64,000 bases of DNA from Gemmatimonadales bacterium (GCA_035279705.1 DATEHG010000111.1:39101-103100), one strand, 5' to 3'; numbered from the stretch's first letter, positions 44,118-53,301 are shown. Notes: a model not told the origin generated them from the sequence alone. A program made the numbers and translations.

Positions 44118-45679
44118 GGAATCCGCTCGCGGTCGCACGGCGCGTCGCCACCGGGCCCAAGGTCCGGGCCGGGTATGCCGCGGCCAGCTTCACCCGCCTG
44201 ACCGGGGACTGGTTCGCTTCCGCGCTCTCGGCGGATCAGGAGCTCAAGGGCTCGCTGCGCACGCTTCGGGGCCGCTCCCGCGAGCTCGAGCGGGATAACC
44301 CGCACTGGGCCGGTCTGATCGCGCAGCTCAAGAACGAGATCGTCGGCTGGGCCGAGGATGGCATCGGGATGGATGCCACCAACAAGGCGGCCGACGGCAC
44401 CCTGCTCACCGCGCTCAACCAGCAGCTCGAGAACGCCTTCGAGCGCTGGGGCGAGCCGGAGACCTGCAGCGCCGACGGGCAGAACTCCTGGGGCGAGATG
44501 CAACGCCTCGTGCTCGGCACCGCGGCGCGCGATGGCGAGTGCTTCGGCCGCCGGCTCCGCGGCTTCAACAACCCCTACGGCTACTCGGTGCAGCTGATCG
44601 ACGCGGACCTGGTCGATGAGATGCTGAACATCTTGCCCACGACCGGGCAAAACGAGATCCGGATGGGCGTCGAGATCGACCGGTGGGGGCGGCCGGTCGC
44701 CTACTGGGTCTGGACGCGGGCGATCGGCGAAGGCCAGCGGGAACGGGTCCGGATTCCCGCGGACCAGATGTTCCACGTCTTCCTGCAGCTCCGGCCGGGC
44801 CAGACGCGCGGCGTGCCCTGGGGCACGCCGGCCATGCTGACGAATCGGCTCCTCGACAAGTACACCGAGGCCGAGGTCACCCAGGCCATCATCGCGGCGT
44901 CGGCCGGCGGCTTCTTCGTGACGAAGGGGCAGGACAATATCGAGGCCTCGCCGCTGCTGCAGGTCCAGTCCACCGACAAGGTCAATCCCGACAAGATCGT
45001 GATGGATGCCGAGCCGGGCCTCGCCCGGGCGCTCCCGATCGGGATGGAGTTCCAGGAGTGGGACCCGACGCACCCCAACGCCAACTACGCCGGCTTCAAG
45101 AAGGCGATCCTGGCCACGATCGGCCGCGCGGTGAGTGCGTTCGGGCCCCTCTCCTATCCTGGCGCCAGCGGTGACCTCGAGGGCGTCAACTTCTCTTCGG
45201 GCAAGATGGGCCTCCACGGGGACCGCGATGGTTACCGCGCCGCGGCCCGGTGGCTCACCACCCGCCTGCATCGAATCGTCTACCGCGACTGGGTCGCGCA
45301 GGCCCAGCTCGCCGGCGCCATCCGTCTCCCCTCATTCACCGCCGCCGACTGGACCGCCTGCCGCTGGGAGTACCGCGGCTGGGCCCCGCTCCAGTCGCTC
45401 GAGGAAATCCAGGCGGCCGAGTACCGGGTCAAGCTGGGCGTCGACAACCGGCGCCGGATTGCGGCGGAAGCGGGCATCGACCTCGACGACAACTTCGAAG
45501 CGCTCGAGCTCGAGCAGCAGGAAGCCAAGCAGCGCGGGATCGACGTCTCCGGTGCCGACAAGAAGCTCGGCGTCGTGCCCCCACCGGAAGACGGGTCCAG
45601 CGGATTCCCCCCGAAGAACACCAACGGGAACGGCGCCAAGGGGCACCGCGTGGATCCCGCCCTGCTGGGAGCCCTCTGA
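44114..45679 (+). CDS. Portal protein (lambda gpB family)
   Basis: 521 aa. Size, position after terL/W, and blocks such as GVEIDRWGRPVAYWV and RGVPW are typical of lambda-family portals. Confidence 0.88.
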   Translation: MRNPLAVARRVATGPKVRAGYAAASFTRLTGDWFASALSADQELKGSLRTLRGRSRELERDNPHWAGLIAQLKNEIVGWAEDGIGMDATNKAADGTLLTALNQQLENAFERWGEPETCSADGQNSWGEMQRLVLGTAARDGECFGRRLRGFNNPYGYSVQLIDADLVDEMLNILPTTGQNEIRMGVEIDRWGRPVAYWVWTRAIGEGQRERVRIPADQMFHVFLQLRPGQTRGVPWGTPAMLTNRLLDKYTEAEVTQAIIAASAGGFFVTKGQDNIEASPLLQVQSTDKVNPDKIVMDAEPGLARALPIGMEFQEWDPTHPNANYAGFKKAILATIGRAVSAFGPLSYPGASGDLEGVNFSSGKMGLHGDRDGYRAAARWLTTRLHRIVYRDWVAQAQLAGAIRLPSFTAADWTACRWEYRGWAPLQSLEEIQAAEYRVKLGVDNRRRIAAEAGIDLDDNFEALELEQQEAKQRGIDVSGADKKLGVVPPPEDGSSGFPPKNTNGNGAKGHRVDPALLGAL

Positions 45680-48099
45680 TGACCCGACTCCCGAACGTCC
45701 GCAAGGCCGTCCAGGCGCTGCCCTGGGCAATCCTGCCCGAGAAGCTCGCGGCGATCCTCGAGGTGCTCGAGGTGCGCGCCGCCGGCGGCGCCTTCACCGA
45801 CGACCAGATCGCCGCGCGCATCGAGGCTGGCTCGCGGGACGCGCGCCCCGCGCCGGCCGGCGGGATCGCGGTCCTCCCGGTCTTCGGGGCCATCATGCCG
45901 CGGGCGAATCTCTTCAGCGAGATCAGCGGCGGGGCGGATGCCGAAACCCTCGGCCGCCAGCTCGATGCCCTGCTCGCCGATGACGCGGTCAAGGCGATCG
46001 TGCTCGATCTCGACTCGCCCGGCGGCCAGGTCCAGGGGATCCCGGAGCTCGGCGCCAAGATCCTCGCTGGCCGCGACCGGAAGGCAATTGTCGCGCAGGT
46101 CAATCACCTCTGCGCCTCGGCGGCCTATTGGCTGGCTTCGTGCTGCAGCGAGATCGCGATCACACCCTCCGGCAATGCCGGCTCGATCGGCGTGCTCATG
46201 GTGCACGAGGACACGAGCGAGGCCGACGCCCAGGCCGGGATCCGCTATGAGGTCCTGTCGGCCGGGAAGTACAAGGCCGACGCCGCCGGCATCGGGCCGC
46301 TCTCCGATGATGCGCGCACCTCCATCCAGACCATGCTCGACGAGTACTACACCGCCTTCGTCGACGCGGTGGCGAAAGGCCGGGGGGTCAACGCCAGCGA
46401 TGTCCGGGGCGGTTTCGGCGAGGGCCGGCTGCTGACCGCGTCCCAGGCCAAAGGCGCCGGCATGGTGGACCGGATCGCCACGATGGACGAAACGCTGGCG
46501 CGCCTCGGCGCCCGCGGCGGCGTGGCCCGCGCCCAGAACGCCCGCGCCGAGCGGCCGCCCGAGCTGATCGCAGCCAGTCTGCGCGAGGCCGACACCATTC
46601 TCGCCAACTACGCCACCACCGAAGTCCTCGCTGCCCAGTTCGCCGCCATACTGGCGGCTTCCCGTGCTGTGATTCCCTCGGTCGCGGTCGGGGCCGCGAC
46701 GCCGAGTGTCGTTCCGGTCCCCGCGTCGGCCCCCGTGGCCAAGGAGCAGCAGATGTCCGCAGATGCCGCGGCCGCCCAGGCCGCCCAGGAGAAGGACCGC
46801 GCCCTCGCCGCGGCGGAAAAGAGCCTCGTCCGGATGAAGGAATTCACCGCCCTCATCGACGAGTACCCCGAGTACTTCGCGACCATTCGCAAGGTCCAGG
46901 GCGACGAGTCGAAGGGCGTGGCCGACGCCATGAAGGCGATCCTCGGCGAGCAGCAGGCCAAGCTCAACGGGACGCCCGTGATCGTGGGCGCCGGCGGCCG
47001 CGTCGGCACCCCGCGCGAGGCGGAGAAGAAGTTCGCCTCCTTCGGCGAGCAGGTCTTCGCGATCTGCCAGGCCGGCATGCCCGGCGGCCGCGTGGATCCG
47101 CGCCTCCGGCTGATCAACGAGCACGCGCTCAAGATCAGCGCCGGCCCGTCCGGCATGAGCGAGGGCATCGGCGCCGACGGCGGCTACTTCATCGCGCCCG
47201 AGCTCCTGCCCGGCGTGTTCGAGCCGGTGTACGCCGAGGATCCCATCCTCTCGCGCGTGACCCGGATCCCGATCGGCTCCAACACCAACGGGGCCAAGTA
47301 CAACGTCGTGGACGAGGTGAACCGCGGGAATGGCACCCGCTGGGGTGGCATCTCGATGGCGTGGGGCGGCGAGGCCGACACCGCGGCCGCCGCGAAGGCG
47401 AAGCTCCGCCAGCTCGTCCATGACCTGAAGAAGCTGATCGGCGTCGCGTACCTGACCGACGAGCTGATGCAGGACACCACCATGGCCGAGGCCCTGCTCA
47501 CCAAGGCCTTCCAGGCGGAAGCGACGTTCATGCTGACGGACGCGATCTTCCGCGGCACCGGTGCGGGCCAGCCGCTCGGTTGGCTCAACAGCGGCTGCAA
47601 GGTGACGCAGGCGATCGAGGGCACCCAGACGATCGCGAACAGCGCGACGTTCCTGGGCCTCAACGTCTCGAAGATGATGTCGCTGGTGCCCTCCGGGCTC
47701 TGGAACGACATCGTCTTCCTGTACCAGCAGGAGCTCCTGCCGTACATCGTCAACGCCACCGCCGGCTCGAGCGGCGTGGTGCCGCTCTTCATCGGCGCCG
47801 GCGGCCTGACCAACAAGCCCTTCGACACCATCCTCGGCCGGCCGGCCTTCCCGAGCGAGTTCTGCGAGGCGGTCGGGACCCCCGGCGATCTCATCGCCGT
47901 GGTGCCCAGCCAGTACCACCTCGCCGACAAGGGCGGCCCGACCCAGGCCCAGAGCGTCCACGTCCGCTTCATCTACGACGAGACGGCGCTCCGGATCACG
48001 CTGCGCGCGGATGGCCAGCCGCTCTGGCTCAAGTCCGTGACGCCGTTCAAGGGCGCCAACGCGCGCTCGCCGTTCGTGGTGCTCAACACCCGCAGCTGA
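45679..48099 (+). CDS. Single ORF fusing S49 (gpC/SppA-like) head protease, coiled-coil scaffold/delta region and HK97-fold major capsid protein
   Basis: 806 aa from the ATG overlapping the portal stop (TGATG). The N-terminal third has an S49 pattern (DLDSPGGQV...NHLCASAAYWLAS...SAGKYK). The middle is Ala/Glu/Lys-rich helical. The C-terminal ~350 aa resemble HK97-family capsids (GGYFIAPELLPGVFEPVY...). The ORF track shows no stop across 45250..48099. Confidence 0.82.
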   Translation: MTRLPNVRKAVQALPWAILPEKLAAILEVLEVRAAGGAFTDDQIAARIEAGSRDARPAPAGGIAVLPVFGAIMPRANLFSEISGGADAETLGRQLDALLADDAVKAIVLDLDSPGGQVQGIPELGAKILAGRDRKAIVAQVNHLCASAAYWLASCCSEIAITPSGNAGSIGVLMVHEDTSEADAQAGIRYEVLSAGKYKADAAGIGPLSDDARTSIQTMLDEYYTAFVDAVAKGRGVNASDVRGGFGEGRLLTASQAKGAGMVDRIATMDETLARLGARGGVARAQNARAERPPELIAASLREADTILANYATTEVLAAQFAAILAASRAVIPSVAVGAATPSVVPVPASAPVAKEQQMSADAAAAQAAQEKDRALAAAEKSLVRMKEFTALIDEYPEYFATIRKVQGDESKGVADAMKAILGEQQAKLNGTPVIVGAGGRVGTPREAEKKFASFGEQVFAICQAGMPGGRVDPRLRLINEHALKISAGPSGMSEGIGADGGYFIAPELLPGVFEPVYAEDPILSRVTRIPIGSNTNGAKYNVVDEVNRGNGTRWGGISMAWGGEADTAAAAKAKLRQLVHDLKKLIGVAYLTDELMQDTTMAEALLTKAFQAEATFMLTDAIFRGTGAGQPLGWLNSGCKVTQAIEGTQTIANSATFLGLNVSKMMSLVPSGLWNDIVFLYQQELLPYIVNATAGSSGVVPLFIGAGGLTNKPFDTILGRPAFPSEFCEAVGTPGDLIAVVPSQYHLADKGGPTQAQSVHVRFIYDETALRITLRADGQPLWLKSVTPFKGANARSPFVVLNTRS
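46741..46755 (+). promoter_or_regulatory. Internal in-frame ribosome-binding site + ATG (AAGGAG-N6-ATG) at the protease/scaffold boundary
   Basis: aaggagcagcagATG, with the ATG at 46753 in frame with the fusion ORF. The product would start MSADAAAAQAAQEKDRAL... Confidence 0.5.
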
Positions 48100-48169
48100 T
48101 CCGACACCTGACCCGTGGGGGACCATCCCGGTCCCCCGCCTGGTCGGGTCCCATGCGAAAGGCACGACG

Positions 48170-48658
48170 ATGTCCAGCCATCTGAACCTCTCCGACTACC
48201 CCCAGGCGACGCTCCTGCCGCCGGCAGCCGATGCCGCGGGCCGCACGGGCGCCAAGTGGGGCAGCCTCAAGTACGCCCACAAGGCCTTCCTGGTCTTCAT
48301 CCTGAACCAGGGCAACGCCGCCACCATCCTGCTGACGCCGCTGCAGGCGACGTCGGCCGCCGGCGCCGGTTCGAAGGCGCTGACCAACAACGTCCCGATC
48401 TTCACCAGCCTGGACGAGGTGAACGGGGCCGCGCTCTCCCGCGCGACCGATGCGGCGAACTACACCACGGACGCCGCCACCAAGACCAAGCGCGTGATCT
48501 TCGAGATCGATCCGCGCACGGCGCTCGACATCGTCGGCGGGTTCTGCTACCTGGGCTGCTCCACCGGCGCCTCGAACGCGGCGAACATCACCGCGGCCGA
48601 GCTGATCGTCATCCCGGCGCGCCAGACCGGGGTGAACCTCCCGAGCCTCCTGACCTGA
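48170..48658 (+). CDS. Phage structural protein, unknown (candidate head decoration/auxiliary protein)
   Basis: 162 aa. Immediately follows the capsid gene. Beta-rich composition. Function inferred from position only. Confidence 0.5.
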   Translation: MSSHLNLSDYPQATLLPPAADAAGRTGAKWGSLKYAHKAFLVFILNQGNAATILLTPLQATSAAGAGSKALTNNVPIFTSLDEVNGAALSRATDAANYTTDAATKTKRVIFEIDPRTALDIVGGFCYLGCSTGASNAANITAAELIVIPARQTGVNLPSLLT

Positions 48659-48698
48659 GCGGGAGCGGGGCGGCGCCGGCCGGCCGCCCCCACCAGCC

Positions 48699-49007
48699 GT
48701 GGCGTTCAGCCTCGACCAGCACCTCGGCGGGATCCTGGCCCACCAGGTCAACCTCACCCAGAAGGGTGCGCTGACCTGGGGGGTCGCGAAGGCGAACGTG
48801 ACTTTCGATGAGATGGACCGGCAGCAACAGGATCCCACTGGGCGGAAGGTCGAACGGCGCACGATCAGCTGCATCGCACGGGCATCGGACCTGCCCGGGA
48901 TCGCGCGCGAGGCCTCAGTCACCCTGGACGGGGCCCAGTACAAGGTGCGGGCCGCCGAGCTGCTCGATGACGGGCTCAAGCTGCGCCTGTTGCTGACGGT
49001 GGTTTGA
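48699..49007 (+). CDS. Putative head-tail adaptor/connector protein
   Basis: 102 aa, GTG start. The size and position between the capsid and tail genes fit. No motif certainty. Confidence 0.45.
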   Translation: MAFSLDQHLGGILAHQVNLTQKGALTWGVAKANVTFDEMDRQQQDPTGRKVERRTISCIARASDLPGIAREASVTLDGAQYKVRAAELLDDGLKLRLLLTVV

Positions 49008-49540
49008 TGGTCGAGCCGGTGCGGGCGGTCGCGGAGTGGCTGGCGGGGACCACGCTGGACTACGCCAGCCAGCCCCAGGGGATCGCGGCCCAGCTGGCCG
49101 CGATGACTTACGACGGGACGGACACCGCGCCCTCGGCTCCGGACGTCACGGCCGAGACGGACGACCCGATCGCCGGGCGCGGTGAGCTGCCGGACACCGC
49201 GATGGCGGTCACGGTGGCGATCGACCGGCTGGCGATGCCGGCCACGGCGCTGAGTGGCGTGAAGATCGGGAAGCTCCGGCTCCTGGTCCGAGTGGTCCGG
49301 ACGGCCAGCGCGACCCACGAAGTGGTCCGGGACAGCTACTACGTCGCGCGCGCGATCATGCGCTCGCTGCAGCAGTTCCACCGGAACGAGAACCAGTTCG
49401 CGCGGCAGCGGAACAACATCTACATCGGCCCCGAGCCCAACATGGCGCTCGACTACTTCACGCCCGCGGCCGATCGCGACGACAACCAAGTGACGACGGC
49501 CTGGGCCGTCGATTACGCGCTGAGGGAGCTGGCCCCATGA
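49004..49540 (+). CDS. Putative neck/tail-completion protein
   Basis: 178 aa. ATGA-type overlap with the previous gene. Call is positional. Confidence 0.45.
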   Translation: MMVEPVRAVAEWLAGTTLDYASQPQGIAAQLAAMTYDGTDTAPSAPDVTAETDDPIAGRGELPDTAMAVTVAIDRLAMPATALSGVKIGKLRLLVRVVRTASATHEVVRDSYYVARAIMRSLQQFHRNENQFARQRNNIYIGPEPNMALDYFTPAADRDDNQVTTAWAVDYALRELAP

Positions 49541-49737
49541 GCGGATTGAGAGTGGAGCAGGATGGCGTGGTGGTCGAAGTGCCACGCGAGATCGAGAGCG
49601 CCGGCGGTGCCACGCTGCACGCCTTCGTGGTGGAGTCCTTCGCCAAGGAGGGAATCGTGCACCCGAAGCCGGTGCCGCCGCCGGAGCCACCCAAGACCGA
49701 GGACCTTGCACCGGCGCCCGAAGCGCCCAAGGAGTAA
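49537..49737 (+). CDS. Small phage protein with Pro-rich C-terminus (66 aa)
   Basis: ATGA overlap. Positional call only. Confidence 0.45.
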   Translation: MSGLRVEQDGVVVEVPREIESAGGATLHAFVVESFAKEGIVHPKPVPPPEPPKTEDLAPAPEAPKE

Positions 49738-49740
49738 GCC

Positions 49741-50766
49741 ATGGGCCAGCCCCTGCAGATGGAGGCGGTCGCGGTCACGACCAAGGTCGAATCGACCTAC
49801 AACACGGATGTGACCCCGGCCACGACGGACGCCGTCCGACTGATCATGCCCCGGCCCCAGGTCAAGATCGGCTGGGGCTATGATGGCGATCGCGGGCCCC
49901 AGAACGCCGGCAACGGTCGCTGGCTGGCCGCACCGCCCAATGGCCGCACCGTCAGCGGGTCGATCAAGGTCGAACCGAAGGGGCTCGGCGCGAGTTACGC
50001 GAGCTCGGCCAACGAAGTCCCGGACGTCCATCGGTTCCTGCGCGCTGCGGGCTTCACCGCCACGCTCGCCGCCGGCACCAGCTGGACCTTCACGCCGGAC
50101 CTCTTCAGCGTGACGCCGGCCTCGCTGTCGACCTATTTCTACGAAGGCGGGGAGCTCTGGAAGGCCTGCGGGATGTATACCGATCTCAAGATCGACATCC
50201 CCAACACGGGGATCCCGACCTTCGAGTTCCCCTTCGCGGCCACCATGGTCACTGACCCGGCAGATCTCACCCTGCCGTCGATGACGTATACGGCGCCGAC
50301 GATCGTGCCGCCGTCGGCCGCCGGCGTGGGCTTCACGCTCCACAACCTGACCGGCGCCGTGCTGCGCTCGGCCAGCTTCTCGCTCGGCCGCTCCTTCAGC
50401 AACCCGCGCCTGGCCGTCGCCGGCGGCGGTGGCGTCGGCCACGCCGGCTTCGCCACCACGTTCCGGAAGCCGGTCCTCGATCTCGTCATCGAGATGACCG
50501 CGCTCACCACGACCCCCTTCACCACCTCGACCCTGATCGATCCCTACTCGCTCGAGAAGGCGGGCACCACCGGGATCTGCTCGCTGCAATTCGGGGGCAC
50601 CACCAACAACAAGTGGAAGCTCACACTGAACCAGTGCCAGGTGGTGCCGGGCAGCGTCGAGAAACTGAGCGAGAACAACGAGGCCTTCGGCCTCTACAAG
50701 CTGCAGGTCAAGCCCTACGTCACCACCGACCAGGGCATCGACGACATCACCCTGCTCTGGAACTGA
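49741..50766 (+). CDS. Putative major tail (tube) protein
   Basis: 341 aa. It directly precedes the chaperone pair and tape measure. Beta-rich. Confidence 0.6.
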   Translation: MGQPLQMEAVAVTTKVESTYNTDVTPATTDAVRLIMPRPQVKIGWGYDGDRGPQNAGNGRWLAAPPNGRTVSGSIKVEPKGLGASYASSANEVPDVHRFLRAAGFTATLAAGTSWTFTPDLFSVTPASLSTYFYEGGELWKACGMYTDLKIDIPNTGIPTFEFPFAATMVTDPADLTLPSMTYTAPTIVPPSAAGVGFTLHNLTGAVLRSASFSLGRSFSNPRLAVAGGGGVGHAGFATTFRKPVLDLVIEMTALTTTPFTTSTLIDPYSLEKAGTTGICSLQFGGTTNNKWKLTLNQCQVVPGSVEKLSENNEAFGLYKLQVKPYVTTDQGIDDITLLWN

Positions 50767-50768
50767 CC

Positions 50769-51059
50769 ATGAGCTTCGTCATCAATCTCGACCAGGGCGC
50801 CGAGGCGCTCGAGCACCCGATGATCCAGGTCGGGGGCGAGACCTACACCGGGCGCCACCTCGGCTTTCTGGATGCGCTGACGTTCCGCAAGCGGATCGTC
50901 GAGGCCAAGACCTTCCAGGAAGTGGCCGACATCTACGTCGAGGTCCTCACCGCCATGCAGTTCCCGGTGGAGAAGGTGAGCGCCGTGCCGCTCAAGGTCC
51001 TGGCCCCGGCGGTGCTCCGTTTTTTCGTCTCGGCGATGGGGGAGGAGCCCGCGCCGTAG
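50769..51059 (+). CDS. Tail assembly chaperone (gpG-like)
   Basis: 96 aa (ATG at aa 53 of ORF 50613..51059). Canonical position upstream of the tape measure. Contains the slippery heptamer near its 3' end. Confidence 0.68.
   Translation: MSFVINLDQGAEALEHPMIQVGGETYTGRHLGFLDALTFRKRIVEAKTFQEVADIYVEVLTAMQFPVEKVSAVPLKVLAPAVLRFFVSAMGEEPAP
51020..51026 (+). promoter_or_regulatory. -1 programmed frameshift slippery heptamer T_TTT_TTC
   Basis: The zero frame reads cgT TTT TTC. The -1 frame from this point is open (FFRLGDGGGARAVAPSRVPYEE...) and runs into ORF 51071..51361. Confidence 0.6.
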
Positions 51060-51361
51060 CGCCGTCGCGGGTGCCCTACGAGGAGCTGCTCCCCGAATGG
51101 CACCGGACGCCGCCGGCCCCCAAGGAGATCCCGCTGCGGCGGGCCGTCGCCTGGTTCTGCGCGGTGTATCCCGGGGCATTCGAAGGAGGCCGGATCACGT
51201 GGCCGCTGTTCTGGGCGCTCTTCGAGGAGATGCCCTCCGTCCAGGCGATGCAGCGGTTCCACGATGGGCGCGCGGCGATGGCCGGCGCGGCGATCGTGGT
51301 CGCCCCGAAAGTCGCGACCCAACTGTCACAGGATGATCTGAGCGAGGCCCTGGGATCGTGA
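51026..51361 (+). CDS. gpT-like extension of the tail assembly chaperone (expressed as a G-T fusion by -1 frameshift; a stand-alone GTG at 51071 is also possible)
   Basis: The ORF is in the -1 frame relative to 50769..51059 and ends by overlapping the tape-measure GTG (GTGA). Confidence 0.6.
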   Translation, partial: RLGDGGGARAVAPSRVPYEELLPEWHRTPPAPKEIPLRRAVAWFCAVYPGAFEGGRITWPLFWALFEEMPSVQAMQRFHDGRAAMAGAAIVVAPKVATQLSQDDLSEALGS

Positions 51362-53301
51362 GCACGCCCGATATTGCCGTTCGCATCACCGGTCAGGACA
51401 ACGCCAGCGCGACGCTGCTGGCGTTCCAGGCGAATGTCGCCCGGACCTCGACCGCCGTGAATGCCAGCGCCCGGCAAATCGTGCTGGGCATGGATGCCGC
51501 CGGCGCCGCTGCCCTTAACGGCGGCCGCGCGCTCGGCCAGGTCTCCGAAGGGAATCAGGTCTTCGCCGAGCGGCTGGCGCTGATCGGCAAACCAACGACC
51601 GAGACCGCCTCCAGTCTCCAGAAGCTCGCCGCGGCCTTCTCCTTCACGGCCCACGAGGGGGAGGCGTCGGGCCTCAAGCTTGGCGCCCTCACCCGTCCCC
51701 TGCTCCGCCTTACGGAAGAAGCCACCGGCCTGGGCGCCCTCGTGCCGCACCTGGGCCTGGCGTTCGGCGAATTCGCCGGCGTGGCCCTGGCGCCGCTGCT
51801 CGCCGTGGCGGGGGCGGTCGCGGCGATCGGCTTCGCGGTGGAGAAGCTGACCGAGGACGAACGGGAAGCAGTCAAGCACCTCCAGGAGCTCCATGCGGAA
51901 GCGGACAAGCTCCGCCAACAGCGGGGCGGCGAGGCGGCGCCCCTCATCGCCGGGCGCGCAGATCTCCTGGTCCGCCAGGCGGCCATTCAGCAGGAGCTGG
52001 CGCAGCTGGCGGATCTGGAGCGCATCAGCCCGCTGAGCGGCGAGGCCCAACGGCGCCGGGACGCGCTCGAGGCGGAGCTCGATCAGAACCGCAAGGACAT
52101 CGCGACCTTCGAAACGCAGATCACGGCGATCCATACCGAGGCCGTGGACAAGCGGGACAAGGCCTCGGAGGAGGCCCACCAGAAGGAGCTCGGGCGGCTC
52201 AAGGCCGTGCATGACGCCACCGCGGCGGCCGAGACCTTCGCGACACAGACCCACGAACGGGTCGCGGAGCTGACTGGCCAGGCGAGCAACCAGGCCGCCG
52301 TGCAGCTGCAGGACTTCCTGCTCAAGTACGCCAAGGTCGTCAAGGATCTGAACGAGACTCAGCGCGCGGAGGCGAACCTCATCATCGCGGATTTCGAGCG
52401 CCGGATCGCCGGCCACGAGTCCGCCGCGGTGGTCGAATCCTTCGCCACACAGACGCATGAGCGGGTCGCGGCGCTAGCCGGCCAGGTGACTGACCAGGCG
52501 GCCACGCAGCTGCAGGAGTTCCTGGCCAAGTACGCCAAGGTGGTGAAGGACCTGAACGAAACCCAGCGCGCCGAGGCGAACCTCATCATCGCGGACTTCG
52601 AGCGCCGGATCTCCGGGATCGAGTCGCGCCTTCCCACTCAGTTGAATCAGGGGGACCGCAACCAGGTCATGCGGGATACCCAGCGCGAGGGGGCCACGCC
52701 GGAGCAAGAGCATGACCTGATCACGGCTGCCGGTAAGGGCGGTGACGTGATGGCCCGGGCCGGGGTGCGCACCGGGTTCGAGGGCACGGCCAAGCAGCTG
52801 ACCTCGCTGCAGAAGGCGCTCAAGTCGGTGGCCACTGAGGGCGTGAAGCCGCTGGCGGACGCCTTCACCCAAATGTTCGCTGCGCTCGGCGCGGGCGACA
52901 ACGTGTTCGGGGCGTTCCTGGGCTCGCTCAAGAAGGCGCTGAGCCAGGAGCTCGAGGCGGAAGGGCGCGCGCACATCCTGAAGGGCTTGGCCAAGGCCGC
53001 GGAAGGCCTGTGGCCGCCCAACCCGGTCGCGATCGCCGCCGGCCTCAAGGAGGCGGCGCTCGGCGCGCTCATGGCCACGGGTGGCGGCCTGGTTGGTGGG
53101 GGCGGTGCGGTGACCTCCGGTGGCGGAGTCCCCACGAGCTCGCCAGTGCAGCAGACGGCGCAGGACATCGCCAAAGGCAAGCAGACGGTCACGATCGAGA
53201 TGCCCGCGGCGATCGCGGCGCTTCCCGGCGCCTATGAGTGGATCACGGACCTGGTGAATGGCGCCCAGAACGCCGGCCACGTGATTGTGGTGGTCCACTG
53301 A
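51358..53301 (+). CDS. Tape measure protein
   Basis: 647 aa. Ala/Gly/Leu/Gln-rich helical protein with an internal 68-aa tandem duplication and a Gly-rich hydrophobic C-terminal part. Position after the G/GT pair. Confidence 0.85.
   Translation: MSTPDIAVRITGQDNASATLLAFQANVARTSTAVNASARQIVLGMDAAGAAALNGGRALGQVSEGNQVFAERLALIGKPTTETASSLQKLAAAFSFTAHEGEASGLKLGALTRPLLRLTEEATGLGALVPHLGLAFGEFAGVALAPLLAVAGAVAAIGFAVEKLTEDEREAVKHLQELHAEADKLRQQRGGEAAPLIAGRADLLVRQAAIQQELAQLADLERISPLSGEAQRRRDALEAELDQNRKDIATFETQITAIHTEAVDKRDKASEEAHQKELGRLKAVHDATAAAETFATQTHERVAELTGQASNQAAVQLQDFLLKYAKVVKDLNETQRAEANLIIADFERRIAGHESAAVVESFATQTHERVAALAGQVTDQAATQLQEFLAKYAKVVKDLNETQRAEANLIIADFERRISGIESRLPTQLNQGDRNQVMRDTQREGATPEQEHDLITAAGKGGDVMARAGVRTGFEGTAKQLTSLQKALKSVATEGVKPLADAFTQMFAALGAGDNVFGAFLGSLKKALSQELEAEGRAHILKGLAKAAEGLWPPNPVAIAAGLKEAALGALMATGGGLVGGGGAVTSGGGVPTSSPVQQTAQDIAKGKQTVTIEMPAAIAALPGAYEWITDLVNGAQNAGHVIVVVH

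Noticed and set aside
45280-48165. 961-aa minus-strand ORF antisense to the protease-capsid gene. Similar giants are 12416..15070 (+, 884 aa), 31391..33991 (+, 866 aa), 6251..8254 (+), 3506..5494 (+), 54821..56866 (-), 40973..42685 (-), 43490..45271 (-) and 17006..18355 (+).
   Set aside because: Their translations are Arg/Gly/Pro/His/Asp-rich low-complexity strings with no motifs. Each lies exactly opposite a gene with strong family signatures. Long stop-free antisense frames are expected at ~67% GC with high GC3.
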